Below, in pieces: positions 49,851 through 62,175 of a stretch of 64,000 bases of DNA. Position numbers and translations under genes: made by a program. Within the stretch, counting starts at the first letter, position 1; each line of letters begins with the position of its first letter. The DNA is from Octopus sinensis (lineage: Eukaryota). The notes under the pieces are model-generated. The model had not been told where the DNA came from. It made no database searches and was given only the letters and a program-made list of their open reading frames with translations. The stretch lies in contig NW_021825323.1 in the NCBI RefSeq assembly GCF_006345805.1, positions 124,001 to 188,000 of the forward strand, read 5' to 3'.

Positions 49851-50899
49851 AGATAAAAAGAAATCCGTTTTAAATGAAAAAAGTATACGCCAGTTTTTAT
49901 CAGATATTTTTGAAAGATCCAATTATACGCCAGTCTCTTAATATATTTAGAAAATTTCAAAAGACCCACTTTCTGACCTCAAAGGGCCACCGGTGACTCG
50001 CGAGCCTCCGGTTGCCGACTATGCCCATAACATCGATATTGTTCTCCTTTAAGAAACCAGACTATCTCCCACGAAGAGCATCCTAATATTCAGAAACTAC
50101 TCGACCATTCTCACGGATCACAAATTTATCGCATAAACTGACATATCCTGCCATATTAACTCTTTGATAAAGAACGATCCACACATAGAACTATCCTCAA
50201 TCCTCATCACGATCAATTCCATGCCATACACTATTGTAAACATATAAATCCCTCCGTCCTGTCCTAATCACTGTCGATCTCCTCTCTCCAAAGGACAACA
50301 CCCGCAAATCAATTATTAACTACAAACGAGCACGATGAGCTGCCTATTAGATGGAGACAAAAAGTTCACTGAAAAACTTTTCAGTAAAAGCCATCACATC
50401 ATTAGACATGCCACTGAACAATTCCACAACAATCCTACTGGACGCTAACAGAAAATTCATACCAAGAGGATTCCTCGTTACGATTCCACCCCCTTCTCGT
50501 GCAGGGCGCTCGCCTCGTTACGGGGGACTCAATGGACCGAAAACCTTTTCCAAATCGATCAATCGTGCAAGCCAAGGCTCACTGCCATAAACGAAAACCG
50601 TATTGCTCAGCACAAGGAAAAAAATAGAACGAGTTTGTTTCTTTTCTCGACCATCGCACAAAATTCTTCAACTTCTGGAAAACACTAAAAGGAATTTCCT
50701 AGTAACAAGCTATAAATACTATCTTAAATAGATCGGGTCTAAACAATAAACACTAAAAAAAGACATTCCTTGAATAAGCAAACAGTCTCATTAGCCACTT
50801 AGCGAAAATTAGCCAAATGAACATGAACAAAGATAATCCTAGCAGAAGTCCTCTTTTTAGACAAGAAAAAACAATCAGATCTAATCACCATTTCCTCTT

Positions 50900-51330
50900 G
50901 ACAAATCCGCGAGCTGATTAAAAATTCCAAAAACTCTCACACCAAGGGAGCTGATGGCCTCCGTATATACCATCTAATTGCTTCCAAGATAGCAAGCAAG
51001 GCAGGTTCTGGGGCACTTCTACCGTACTTCGTACCAAAACAGCTCGGGGTCTACGCTCTACGTAAGTTTGTTAACTCTTCCACGGATTCCCAGCGAATTC
51101 TGGCCAAGATACACGATATCCTAAATAATTGTGCGATTTCTGAAGAAGATTTGGTCACCGACAGTTTAAGCATTACATATTTGGAAAAAGAATCTACAAT
51201 TACCCAAATCTATTTTTCATACCCAGCTAAAGCAATCATTCATCGCCGGATATCTTCTGAGGTCAATTAAATCCGCAATGTATCTGTCCCTACATCTCCT
51301 TGCAATGATTGCAATAATTGGAGGCTTCGT
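50900..51330 (+). mobile_element. Decayed CRE-like RT fragment
   Basis: IASKIASKAGSGALLPYFVPKQLGV, comparable to the QLGVG motif at 36.7 kb. Confidence 0.5.
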
Positions 51331-52250
51331 AGACAATAATTTTTCAACTAAAAATATTTACTGAAAGGAATTACAGAAAAAACGCAATTTAAGCCCATTC
51401 TTTCGAACATATGTTTTTCCAATTTCAAAATGGAAATTCGTCCCCAATTTTGTGAGCCTGTATCTCTCATGCCGCTCGATTGGAGATGTATCAAAGTTGG
51501 GGTCCTTCATTTCTTTGATTTTTTCTAGTTATTCCTAATATAGTCTCAGTACACGCATGTTTCACGCTTTTTTAAATAATGTGATAATGTGATTCTAGAA
51601 AAATAAATAATCAATTATTTATTATTTCAGACTAATTTTTTAAATTTCTATTTTTTTCGGCCATTTGTGACAAGTGTATTTATTCAGACTGTGACATAAT
51701 CTAATATTTATAAATAATTTTCATCTCCCCCTTTAAATTTATATCGCCCCGCAGTAAACAATTTAGTCATAAACGCCCCCTTAAAATTTTGTATCGCCCA
51801 CAAGGAGTTCTGATTAATCAGATCCTTCAGAGGAGCCGGTCCAGAACGTTTGTTATCGTAAGACCAACTCAATTTAGACAACAACTAACCACTAAAGAGT
51901 ATATGAAAATTTGCTAAGAATGTGTGAACCACTTCAGTAAAAATTTAACTTAATTATTAAATAATTTTCGAAATAGTTTTGAAACTCAGACTTATAGTGT
52001 AATTGGGGTGGATAAACCAAAGTTAAATTGAGATCGACCTTCGAATAAATTTGAAATTAAGGTAAAAACTTTAAAATTAGTTTTCTGAATAGATAGTTTC
52101 ATTAAAAAATACTCATATCATTTAATCGAACTAATTTGTTAAAGGATTTATATTTAAGGTGGGGCTTATATAAAGAACCCATATCGCTCGAACATAAAAT
52201 GGGAATTACTCAAAATAATTTAAAAATAACTCGAGATTAAAAGTGTTAAA

Positions 52251-52879
52251 TTACCGCTTTTTATGAGAAAACCGACTGAGCCATTTAATACACAAATCAA
52301 TGTTTTTGCATGTGAGACAAGAAGCTGAATAAATAACACAATTCCGCGCCTCCAATGCTGTGAGATTACTAAAAAGAATCAAATCAATACAACAGGCTGG
52401 TTTTGACGTCGCACAAACTCAAAGCTTCAGACAAATCGTTTTTATTAGCGATGACGAGGAGAGGTGTTCGTTCTAAATCGTGATTGAGAAGGAGATCATG
52501 AAGGAGTGACTTCGCTTGGTCAAGTTTATCAATATTGGCCGAGTCAACCATAAAACTAATATTATTCAAATACAACAAACATTATGCAATCAACACCAAG
52601 ACAGTACCGGAGCCACATCGGTCGGAATCTAGGTTGCCCTCCAATGTCCCATATTTTCATACTCACAGAACCCTTCTTTACTCTGCGGATATTAAAGCCC
52701 AAAGTGGGGACAGTATCCTCTTTAAAGTTTCCAGACTTATCGTAAAGGGACGATTATACACATAAAAGTTCGACAAAAGTACTCTTTCCGGCTGATTCTG
52801 GACCCACGATGCAGATGTCCATTTCTTGCTTGAACAACAACTGTCGAAACCATTCAAGTATTTTTCGAATAAATTCCAT
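52251..52879 (-). CDS. ARL8: ADP-ribosylation factor-like GTPase 8 (4 exons)
   Basis: Spliced [35 protein letters not shown]...[36 protein letters not shown]...ANKND...IYSASC...IKWL. Introns of 24, 25 and 25 nt. Confidence 0.93.
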
Positions 52880-53384
52880 CTACAAGGATGAGTCTGAAAA
52901 TTATTTTATTGACCTATTTAAAATTAAAAATTGTTAATATAAAAAAATTATTCGGATAACCATACATTTGTAATTGTAATATATACAAATTTTTTGAAAA
53001 TAAAAAAAATTATACATATAATCAACTTCAAACTCTTTATTTCATTTGTTAAATTAATAGCTATACGTAAAAAAAAGTTAGTAACTGCAAAACCGGTTTT
53101 TTTCTACCAGCACTGTAGAACGTTGTATATCTTATCTGTAACCTATGTTGCGTTTTTATGTTTAAGATATGGATGAGTATCGCTTGCTAGAAAAAGTTTT
53201 ATTTGGACAAAATATTGAAAATCACATTTTCTTTATTTAAAATATAAAATAGATAGAAATTTTGCTTTAATTTTCCGCCGACCGATGTGACATCTCCATA
53301 TTTCCAAAAATGAACCGGAAATGGATGTTTATCAATCAAAACATTCATTTAAAATTAAACTCAAATTATTCTAAATTGTAGAGG

Positions 53385-53490
53385 GAGACGAGCGAGCTGG
53401 CTCTTCCAGCGAATCTCGGTCGCGGTGCTCCGCGGAAACTGCCACTAGATACGCAGCGCGGCGTCTTTGAGTTGACCTCCAGGCTCTTTA
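53385..53490 (+). mobile_element. CRE-like 3' end remnant
   Basis: RASWLFQRISVAVLRGNCH*. Confidence 0.6.
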
Positions 53491-53799
53491 TAAACTCGTG
53501 TTAACTTTTTCATATTTTCTTCCTAAAAAAAACCATATTGGATAAAAAAAATTGTAGATAAGTATTCAAAAGGACTACGTTACCAATCCCTTACTTGCAC
53601 TCAAAAAATTCGAAAGTTTATACGGAGAAGTTTGTACAATAACTGAAATCCTCTTGCATAATATAGTAGACACTTATCAAAAAAATCAAAAAAAATAATT
53701 AATTGTCTTGATTGTTTATTGTCACGCGCCATAAATGAAACGCGTGCCTAAGGTAAAACGCTGTGACCTTGAATTTAACCTTCAATTAAGCTCTTGACA

Positions 53800-53905
53800 A
53801 TTATCGACTCAACATCGGGAACGGACATGGCTTTTCCAACGCATATAAATAGCCATCTTGCGTGGGAATTGCCATTCCATCCTATCCTCTGCTGCTAATT
53901 AAATA
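53800..53905 (+). mobile_element. 3' end copy of the 13.7-15.3 kb CRE-like family
   Basis: gccatcttgcgtgggaattgccattccatcctatcctctgctgctaattaaata matches about 15280-15335. Confidence 0.75.
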
Positions 53906-54204
53906 TACAAAATTTTGTTTCCAAATAAATTTTCTTGCTGAAATATTAAAGATGATTTCGCACTTTGAGAGAACATGTCGCGTCCCACACGAGCTACCCA
54001 TCTCATGGTGGCTACATGGCACCTGTCAATCTATCATAATGTCTGTCACAGTGACTGTCAAAATTAATTTCATTGGTTTCTAATCAATGATCGATTTAAC
54101 AATAAAAAAATTATTTAAAAAATTAATTTCATGCTTTTTTTACTTGATTCATATTAATGAAAATAAACTGAAAATTAATCACGGATTAAAATTAAAGATT
54201 TATT

Positions 54205-54325
54205 CAGGGGTTATAGCCCAGCCGAACGGATTGCTTGCGCGTTCCCGCGCACGATTGCGAGATCCTCTGCCTCAACCAAGAGGACTCGCGAGCATCCATC
54301 TTCTTCCGAGCATCCATCTTTCATA
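54205..54325 (-). mobile_element. CRE-like 3' end remnant
   Basis: RESSWLRQRIS..AIVRGNAQAIRSAGL*. Confidence 0.6.
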
Positions 54326-54429
54326 TTAATTATTTTACATTTCCCCGAACGTGTCTTAATCTGATATATAATAATAAAATAGACCACTAGTCGATTGTAT
54401 GACAAAATTTGAATAATTTCAGCTGGTTC

Positions 54430-55656
54430 TCCATATGGGGATTCAAATCTGTTTAGCTTAAGTGAAGGATTTGACCCATAATCCTTTAAAACTCGAACCT
54501 ACCAATTATTCACTAAACATACTTCATTCCCAATTGAAAAATTGTATTTCGATTGATGAACATTCATTTTTTTATTCATCCGTTTAAAATACGATGAATT
54601 TAAATTCGGTGAAGAAAAATTCAATACAAGATCATTATGATCCAAGTTTTTTAGCATAATAAATGGGATCCAATTTTTAGTTGATTCTTCACTCATCAGC
54701 TTTGAAAGATTTTATGTCAAAGTTTGATTAAAACTTTCCACGATACCCTGAAACAGATAAATATTGTATCATTACTTGTGATTGAGGATGATTTGGTCGT
54801 TCATAAATATGTTTGATTTTGTTTTTAAGGTAGAAAGAACAAGATAATTATTCTTAAACTCCGTTCCATTATCTGTTTGTAGAATCTCAGAAAAGCCGAT
54901 TTCAAAACAAATTTCTTCAAATGCTTCACAAATATCTAAATTCCAATATCAGATTTAAATATACCTATTGCAGATTTATTTTTAACTTTTTTACAGATGG
55001 CATACTTACTGTAAACATCAGTGACTGTAAATATCCATTTGTAGCCATCATTTGAATCGTTAAATTTTATAACGTCTATAAGGTCTGCTTGGAATCGTTC
55101 ATTTGGTCTTTTGGCAATCACATGGAATTTAGAATCAGAAACCTGCTATTAATTTTTTAATTTTATACTTTAAGTGGAATAGAAAACTTGCAAATTGACA
55201 ACTCGTTCTATAATTTTCCGCTTTATTGTAAAATAAGAGTGTAAATATTTCTGCTGCAATTTACGAATTCCAGAATGGCTATTCCGATGAATAGAATCTG
55301 CAATATCACTTTCATTATCCATGCAAATAACTAATTTGTGCTTTTGAAATCTTTCGTCTTTGAGGTATAAGCGGTCATTGATAACAATAAATTTGGTGGA
55401 TTTTTTTTGTTAATTTATATTTTATCTGCCTTGAGAATGTCTGTAAAGGTTCGCCATTTAAGATACTCACTATAGATTGATATTCTACGATATTTTCACA
55501 AAACCTATTATTTATATATAGGGAGAAACATTTTAGAGAGGACATGTTTAAAATTAAGAAATCAGCCCTTAAAGACAAAATATCCACTAGTCAACATAAT
55601 AGCCAAAGAACCTCGAGAACGGTTCATTCAATAGTTTATTTTTAGTTATCAAGTTG
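54430..55656 (-). mobile_element. Ginger2/TDD-like integrase remnant C, intron-containing; probably continues past the hAT
   Basis: HRNSHSG, KRPNERFQADLIDV, YKWIFTVTDVYSKY, ILQTDNGTEFKN and HPQSQ|GIVESFNQTL once introns are removed. Termini not identified. Confidence 0.72.
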
Positions 55657-55664
55657 ATTTAGTC

Positions 55665-56608
55665 CTGCGGTTCTCGACCTTTTTTAGACTGGGGACCACT
55701 TTTGCACTATAAAATTTTGTGGGGACCACCTTAAATTAAATAAACATTTTTTGGTATTAGCGCACAATTTTTGGCCTCGTCAGGGCCAGGTTTAGACATG
55801 TTCGAATATTTATTATAAAAATAACATGAACATTATGAAAATAACAGAAAATTTAATAGTAATTTAGTGAGATTTCTGATCTTGTTTGCTCAGAATAATT
55901 TTACTTATATCAGGCTCTATGTTCGACAAAGCTACTCGCATATCATCTTGTACCCGTAGTCTATTTCTATATTTTGTTTTTAGAAAAGTCAGACACGACA
56001 TCGCCATTTCACAGTGATAAGTAGTGGGGAATGCAAGTATTGATTCCAATGCAGTTTTACTCAAAATGGGGAATTCTTTCGCCATCTGACACCTAACAAT
56101 AAAAAGTAATTATTAATGAGAATACCAAAAATCTAATAATGAAGTACATTTGAAAATAATCTGAGCAGACTGATTACATTGAAGTTCAATCAAGCTCTGC
56201 TGAAAATTGAGTTTATGGCAAATCATGGATTTTGCCTTTATTTCATTATTTGGGGCAATGAATTTGGTGAATCCAAATTGTACGTAAAAATCCGACCAAA
56301 GACGACGATTCTTGTTAACCATAACTAGAATGATAAACCACGCTAATCAAATCAGATTAATTTCAATGTTTTTGATTTATACTTAATTGTACAATTAGTT
56401 TTAAATTTAATATATTGTTATTTTTCGAAAATTCCTGGGGACCACTAAAAATTTTCTGGGGACCACGATTGAGAACCGCTTGATTAATTTCAATGTTTTT
56501 GATTTATACTTAATTGTACAATTAGTTTTAACTTTAATATATTTTTATTTTTCGAAAATTCCTGGGGACCACTAAAAATTTTCTGGGGACCACGGTTGAG
56601 AACCGCTG
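55665..56608 (-). mobile_element. Internally deleted Buster-type hAT with a tandemly duplicated end
   Basis: TSD ATTTAGTC (55657-55664 and 56609-56616). TIR C(T/A)GCGGTTCTC. Motifs FPTTYHCEMAMS..LKTKYRNRL. 127-bp tandem duplication 56355-56481/56482-56608. Confidence 0.88.
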
Positions 56609-56699
56609 ATTTAGTCGATCTTTCGTTTTATTCAGATATAAATGATTCATATAAATATTTTATGATTGTCATAGATATTTATTTAAAATTTTGCTTTGC

Positions 56700-57490
56700 T
56701 AAAAAAATAAAAAATAAAGAAGCAGTTACAGTTTCGGAATCATGACCACACTCAAGGACATGATCTCTGAAATCAGTGAAAAAATAGATATCGGAACAAA
56801 GCTGGACGCCACCAGGAAATGGCAGAAGGCTTGTAAAAACCTTAACCACAAAAACCCAAACTTCTGGGAATGTTTTCACAAGGTGTAAAACTTCGCAGGA
56901 AAGTCCTTCCCGCCGAGGCTGCATAACCAATCCGGCATGCCTGCCTCGCCGGAGGAGATTCTGAACATTTTCGCAAAATATTTGGTCGTAACCCAGGAGG
57001 CTCCTCGAAGGACGCCGCAATCCTCGATGTCGAAGTCACTGTCGTGCCCATTGCCATCAGAACACTGCCCAATCACCACAACAGAGATAACCTGGGCTAT
57101 CCGTTCGTCAAAGACAATGCACCTGGCCACGAAAAGTTTTCTATGCGCCTGTTCAAAGAGGGATCCGAGCAGCTACATAAGTTCCTGACGCGACTGTTTT
57201 CGGCGAGTTTGTAATGGGGTATGTCCCTAAAGCATGGAAAGTTTCCAGGGTCCGGATGATCAAGAAACCTGGAAAGCCGACAAATCGAGCTAGTAGTTAC
57301 CGTCCAATAAGCCTTATCCAAACTATCTCAAGGCTAATGGAAAAAATCATAGCAAAGCGCCTCGATTTCCTGGCCGAAGGAAATAACGTTCTGCTCACGT
57401 AGGAATGGGGTTTCCGCTCGGGACGGAGCTGCAGTGATTTTTTCCTGACGGTGAAAGCAATGGAATTCGAAGGCTTTCGACAACTTTTTT
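56700..57490 (+). mobile_element. Decayed APE-type LINE internal fragment
   Basis: GYVPKAWKVSRVRMIKKPGK...SYRPISLIQTISRLMEKII...EWGFRSGRSC. Confidence 0.72.
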
Positions 57491-57627
57491 GAAAATGATC
57501 CAGCTCTGCGGTGGCAAAACCAGATTTAGTCCAAACTTTGAGGCAAAAAAATTCAGTCAGTTCGAAATTTTCAGAAGAGGGAAAAAGAACAGAATTGACA
57601 ATCTTTCCCATGCCAAGAACGAAGATT

Positions 57628-60290
57628 TTATTTATTTATTAAAACACCAAGACCACGCTAAAAACCGAACAAATGTCACGTGATCCCGATGCACTCAACC
57701 AGGGACCTCATCCTCGCTCGGTGGTCTTTCCACGAGCCCACACAAGATCGCACAGGGCGGCAGGCCGTTTTTGGCGGAGCAGTTGCTGACGGCCCCAGGT
57801 TCAGCTTGATGAGGTCTTCCAGAGAGGCTGGACCGGGGCGTTGGCTATCAAGTGACCAACGATCGGTTAATCTGAGGGCCCTTTGTTGGGCCTCCTCGAT
57901 TCGCCTCCTGTTGGACCACGATAGCCGCGGACCCCATGATCCGCAAGCGTACGCAACACAAGGTTCGAAGTACTGGCGGTAGATATTCGCCAGTACCGGG
58001 TGCGACCCGTTTTTCAAATTCCAGATAGAGTTCGCAGAATGTTCAGTTTATGCTCGCATTTGCGAAGGAGGTTGTCCACATGAGAAGAGAAACAGAGGTG
58101 CATGTCGAGGGTTACCCCTAGGACCGTCTGACTCCTGCAGAAGGGAACGGATATCTTATTCAGCTTTAAGTCGACTGACGTCCTTCCCAATCTTTTATCC
58201 GAGGTGAAGAGGCACGTGGCGGACTTCGCCGCGTTTACCACGAGCCGGTTGTCCGTCAGCCATAGGTTCAGCCGATCCAAGTTAGCTTGGAGCCTTTCAG
58301 AGGTCTTCTGGATGTCCCGGTCCCGTGAAGCTAGTACGATGTCGTCCGCGTATGAGAGAACAATGTCATTGTTGTCGAGGGAGCGAGGGAGGTCTTCCAA
58401 AAATAGGTTGAAGAAGGCCGTGGATAAGGGGGATCCCTGAGGTACTCCGTTGGGTAGAAGATGAGATTTGGACTTCAGATTACCGAGGCACACCCTTCCC
58501 CTTCGTCCACTTAGGAAGTTAGTAATCCATATTTTTAGCTTCAGAGGAAAGTCGGATTGGAATATCTTCCTTGAGAGGAGCTTCCTCGAGACGGAATCGA
58601 AGGCTTTATGGATGTCGACGGAGCAGAGCACGGTCTTTTGGTGCCTCGGTTTGCTGGCAAAACCGGTACAGATGAAGTTTGACAAGGATTAAAGGTACGA
58701 AGACGTGGACTTCGCCTTCTTAAAACCATGTTGAAAATGTCTTTCGGGTAAGAAAGCTTCTATTCTGCCAAGAACCAGTCTATCCAGGATTTTCGACATC
58801 GAGCATAACAGGGAAATCGGCCTGAAAGAAGCCGGGTCCCCTCTTGGTCTTCCAGGCTTCAGTATCGGCCTTATTAAGGCCTGTTTCCATAATGCAGGAA
58901 TTACGTTGTTGTTAATAGAATGGTTGAAGATTGCTGTTAGGAATCTGACACCTTCGACGCCAAGGTTTTTTAATAGGATCACCGGGATTTTGTCCGGGCC
59001 GTGAGAGTAAGAAGGTTTTGTTGAGTGCAAGGTATCTTCCACCTCCTTTACCGAGAGGAGGAGCGGTTCAGCCCGTTTTTTTAGGCTTCTGTTGGAGGAG
59101 AGTGAGTCGGATTTCCTGTGATCTTTATGTGCATTTTTCGCATAGAAATTCATGAGGTTGTTCACGTCTTTTTTATCAAAATCTACGAAAGGTTCGGGAG
59201 CGTCCCCCCTGGCCACGTGCCGAATGGCTTTCCACACTTCACCCGTTGAACGATTGCGGTTCACGGTAGAAAGAATTCGATTCCATTTCAAATAGGTCTG
59301 TCTGAGTTCATTGGACTTCAATTCCTTGTTTAAGTGACGGATGCGGGTAATTATGTCAGAAGACATCCGGTTTGACCTTTTGAGGCGATTTCTCTCCTTG
59401 GCCAGACCGGATATCCTTCGACTGCAAGCAGCGTGAGGTGGACGTTTAGGAATAGCCCTTGCTCTTGCTTCCAGAATTATCTTCGAGAAGAAGCCAATGA
59501 CTTTGTCGAGAGAGCTAAAGTTGCACAGATTGCAATTTTTTAGTCTCGTGTTCAATATCTCTTGGAACCGTGGCCAGTTGGCCGCTTTGTAATTGTAAGG
59601 AATTGGAACTTTCCTGGTGACAACTTCTCTTTTGATCTTCACCGTTATCGGGTTGTGATCGCTTCTCGTTTCATAGAAGACTGACCACTCCGTAGATGAT
59701 ACCAGAGAAGGAGAGCATAATGTTACATCGGGTGAAGTGGGTTTGTCGGACCCTCTGAATGGGGTTCTTGTGTTTCTCGATGGGGCGTTCAGGATGGTTA
59801 AGAAATCCAATTGGGAAATTAGAGATTTCCCTCTCGTATCCGCCAACTGATTAGAGAGCCAAAGGGGGTGTTTTGCATTGAGGTCACCGCATAAGATGAC
59901 CCCGTCTATCCGTGCAAGATTGGAGAGAGTAGGGAGGCAATAGCTCCTTGGACAACAGCCGGGAGAGGGATGTACATATTGACGAGCAATAAACGGCCCT
60001 TCGATGTGCCAAGCGAGATACCGTTGATGTTTAGCTGGAGAGCCGTGAAGTGCTTTCTACGTCTTCGGGCTGCGGATGTCCTCCGGGAGGAGTGAGACTT
60101 AGGTAGGGTGCATCGTCCTGGGACGAAGATGTCATCAGGAGGACAAGTTTTGATGGTTCTTTTCCGGTGGGTATTAGGTACCCCCTGAGCGTTTCTAAAT
60201 GCGTCTGAATTGCAAGATTCAAGCGAGTTGGTGAACCACATACGCCACGCCAGATTATGTATCGCCACCAACCCATGTAAGAACAAAGAT
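57628..60290 (-). mobile_element. APE-type LINE ORF2 with frameshifts and (TAAA)n tail
   Basis: LNING, VNMYIP, CGDLNAKH, SPDVTL, RSDHNP, SFRPISLL, VDIHKAFDSV, GVPQGSPLS, YADD. Confidence 0.9.
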
Positions 60291-60339
60291 AGGTAGCAAA
60301 GCAGAGAATGTGATTGAAGAATGTGATCTCTAAGGAAAA

Positions 60340-61640
60340 AGAGCGATATTTATGGGAGATGGTGGAGCTCCTACGCGAGGGCTGCTACCAACCCATGTAA
60401 AAGGTTCTCTCGTGATCATCCTCGTGAAGGCCAGATCAATATAGAGACGGCTTTCCGAGCTAATCCGGCCGGATATCTTAGTAGTAAACGAGTCAAAATT
60501 AAAACATGATATGATATTAATTTTGGATGGCTATACTTCATATGGTGGAGGGATGGTGCGGTTGCTGGCACAGGTACGCCCATCTTTTATATGAATGGGT
60601 TGAAGATAAAAAAAAACTTGAGAATAAAAAACGAAACCACTTGTGAATTTGTGTCTATCGAATCATTATTCTGGGATCTTCTAGACAGAACTTTACTGAA
60701 AAAAGAATAAGTGCCATTGAAAAATCACTTTGTCAGACAGCTCTAATTGAAAAAGAACGTGCTTGTTGCGCCAATCAAAAATGGTCCATCCAAAACACCC
60801 CAAATTTTGGACAGTTTACAGTAAAATAACTGGAACCCAAACAAAGACTGAAGTAATTCGCCTGCGACTTCTGGGAGGATGCCTGTCGTACCAAGAGGAG
60901 ACTGCCGAACTCTTCCGAAATCAGCTCACAGCTGTTTTGGAAGCAGATTCACCAGTCGTCTCATGATCTACGCAGACGACATACTAATAACGAATGCTTC
61001 GTGGAGAAAAGACATCTCGTGGAGGAAATTAAAAGGATACGTGACAAGAGTGGAAGAATGGTGCATATTAAAAGGACTGACACTCGCAAAAGAAAAGTGC
61101 ACCGCCACTTGGATTGCAAAACAGGGAGCTAAACAAAAACCGCCGAGAAACCTCCATTGGTTTACAGTAACGGAGAACCTGAAATACCTTGGGGTTGAAG
61201 TTGGATCCAAGGGTTCCTACTTCAGATACATCGATTCGAGGAGAAGGAAATACGCTCAAATTCTCAAGAGCATAATTCACTTTCACCTTTGTCCGGAAAC
61301 ATTTTTATATGTTTATAAAACGTGCGTCAAACCATTGCTTACCTACGGGTTCGAGGGATGGTACCCTACTGCTGAGAGGAGTGGCATTATCGCTAAGCTC
61401 GAAAAGACGAGACGATATGCCATCAAATTGGCAAATGGACTCCAGCTGGACCAACCCATCCCTCAAGAGATGGAAGACGCGACGGAAACGATTGGAAGTG
61501 TTCTTGAGAGAGCCTTTCCCCTCGAATCTGGGATTAAACATAAAAAAGAGGGAAACAACGCAAAAGAGGCATACTTTGTCTCATTAACTTTCTCTTTTTC
61601 GACTTTTCCTTTTAAATAAATAAATTCATTCATTCATAAC
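60340..61640 (+). mobile_element. Internally deleted copy of the 43.4-46.8 kb LINE family
   Basis: DGAVAGTG (APE, compare 44.28 kb) joined to RLMIYADD...LERAF, nearly identical to 46.1-46.8 kb. TTCA tail. Confidence 0.85.
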
Positions 61641-62175
61641 TAGTATAGAATTTTGAAACCGCAGGGTAAAAAAATATTTTTATGTTTATCCAATTGGTCA
61701 GCGGAGTTGCAAATACAAATCAACTTGCAGAAGCAAAAACAGTATTTCTGAAACAAATTCCCTGGAAGTAACAGAACCAAAATTTCTAAACTGCAAACTT
61801 CCAAGCTTACAGTGCTCCTATCAAACTGAATGAGAGAATTATGTTCCTTGAACGTCTACATGGAGGACATTAAGTTACTTATTTAACGCATGGGCCGTCT
61901 CATTGATTACGCTCAATTTAAAGAAAGAAGAAAGCTCAAATATATTATAAAAACAAGTCATAGAATTCATTAGCCAATTTCAGGCTCCGGGCATCCTATA
62001 ATCTAAAGATCTGTCTTTGATGAAGCTTTAATATATTTAATTAAATTTGATTCTTTCTAAAATGATTTATATTATATGAGAATTATTAAATTTATAGCGC
62101 CTTTTATATGTATACGTAGTGAACGTCTTTTATTACATTTTATTAACAAAAAATTATATAATACTATGCATTTAG

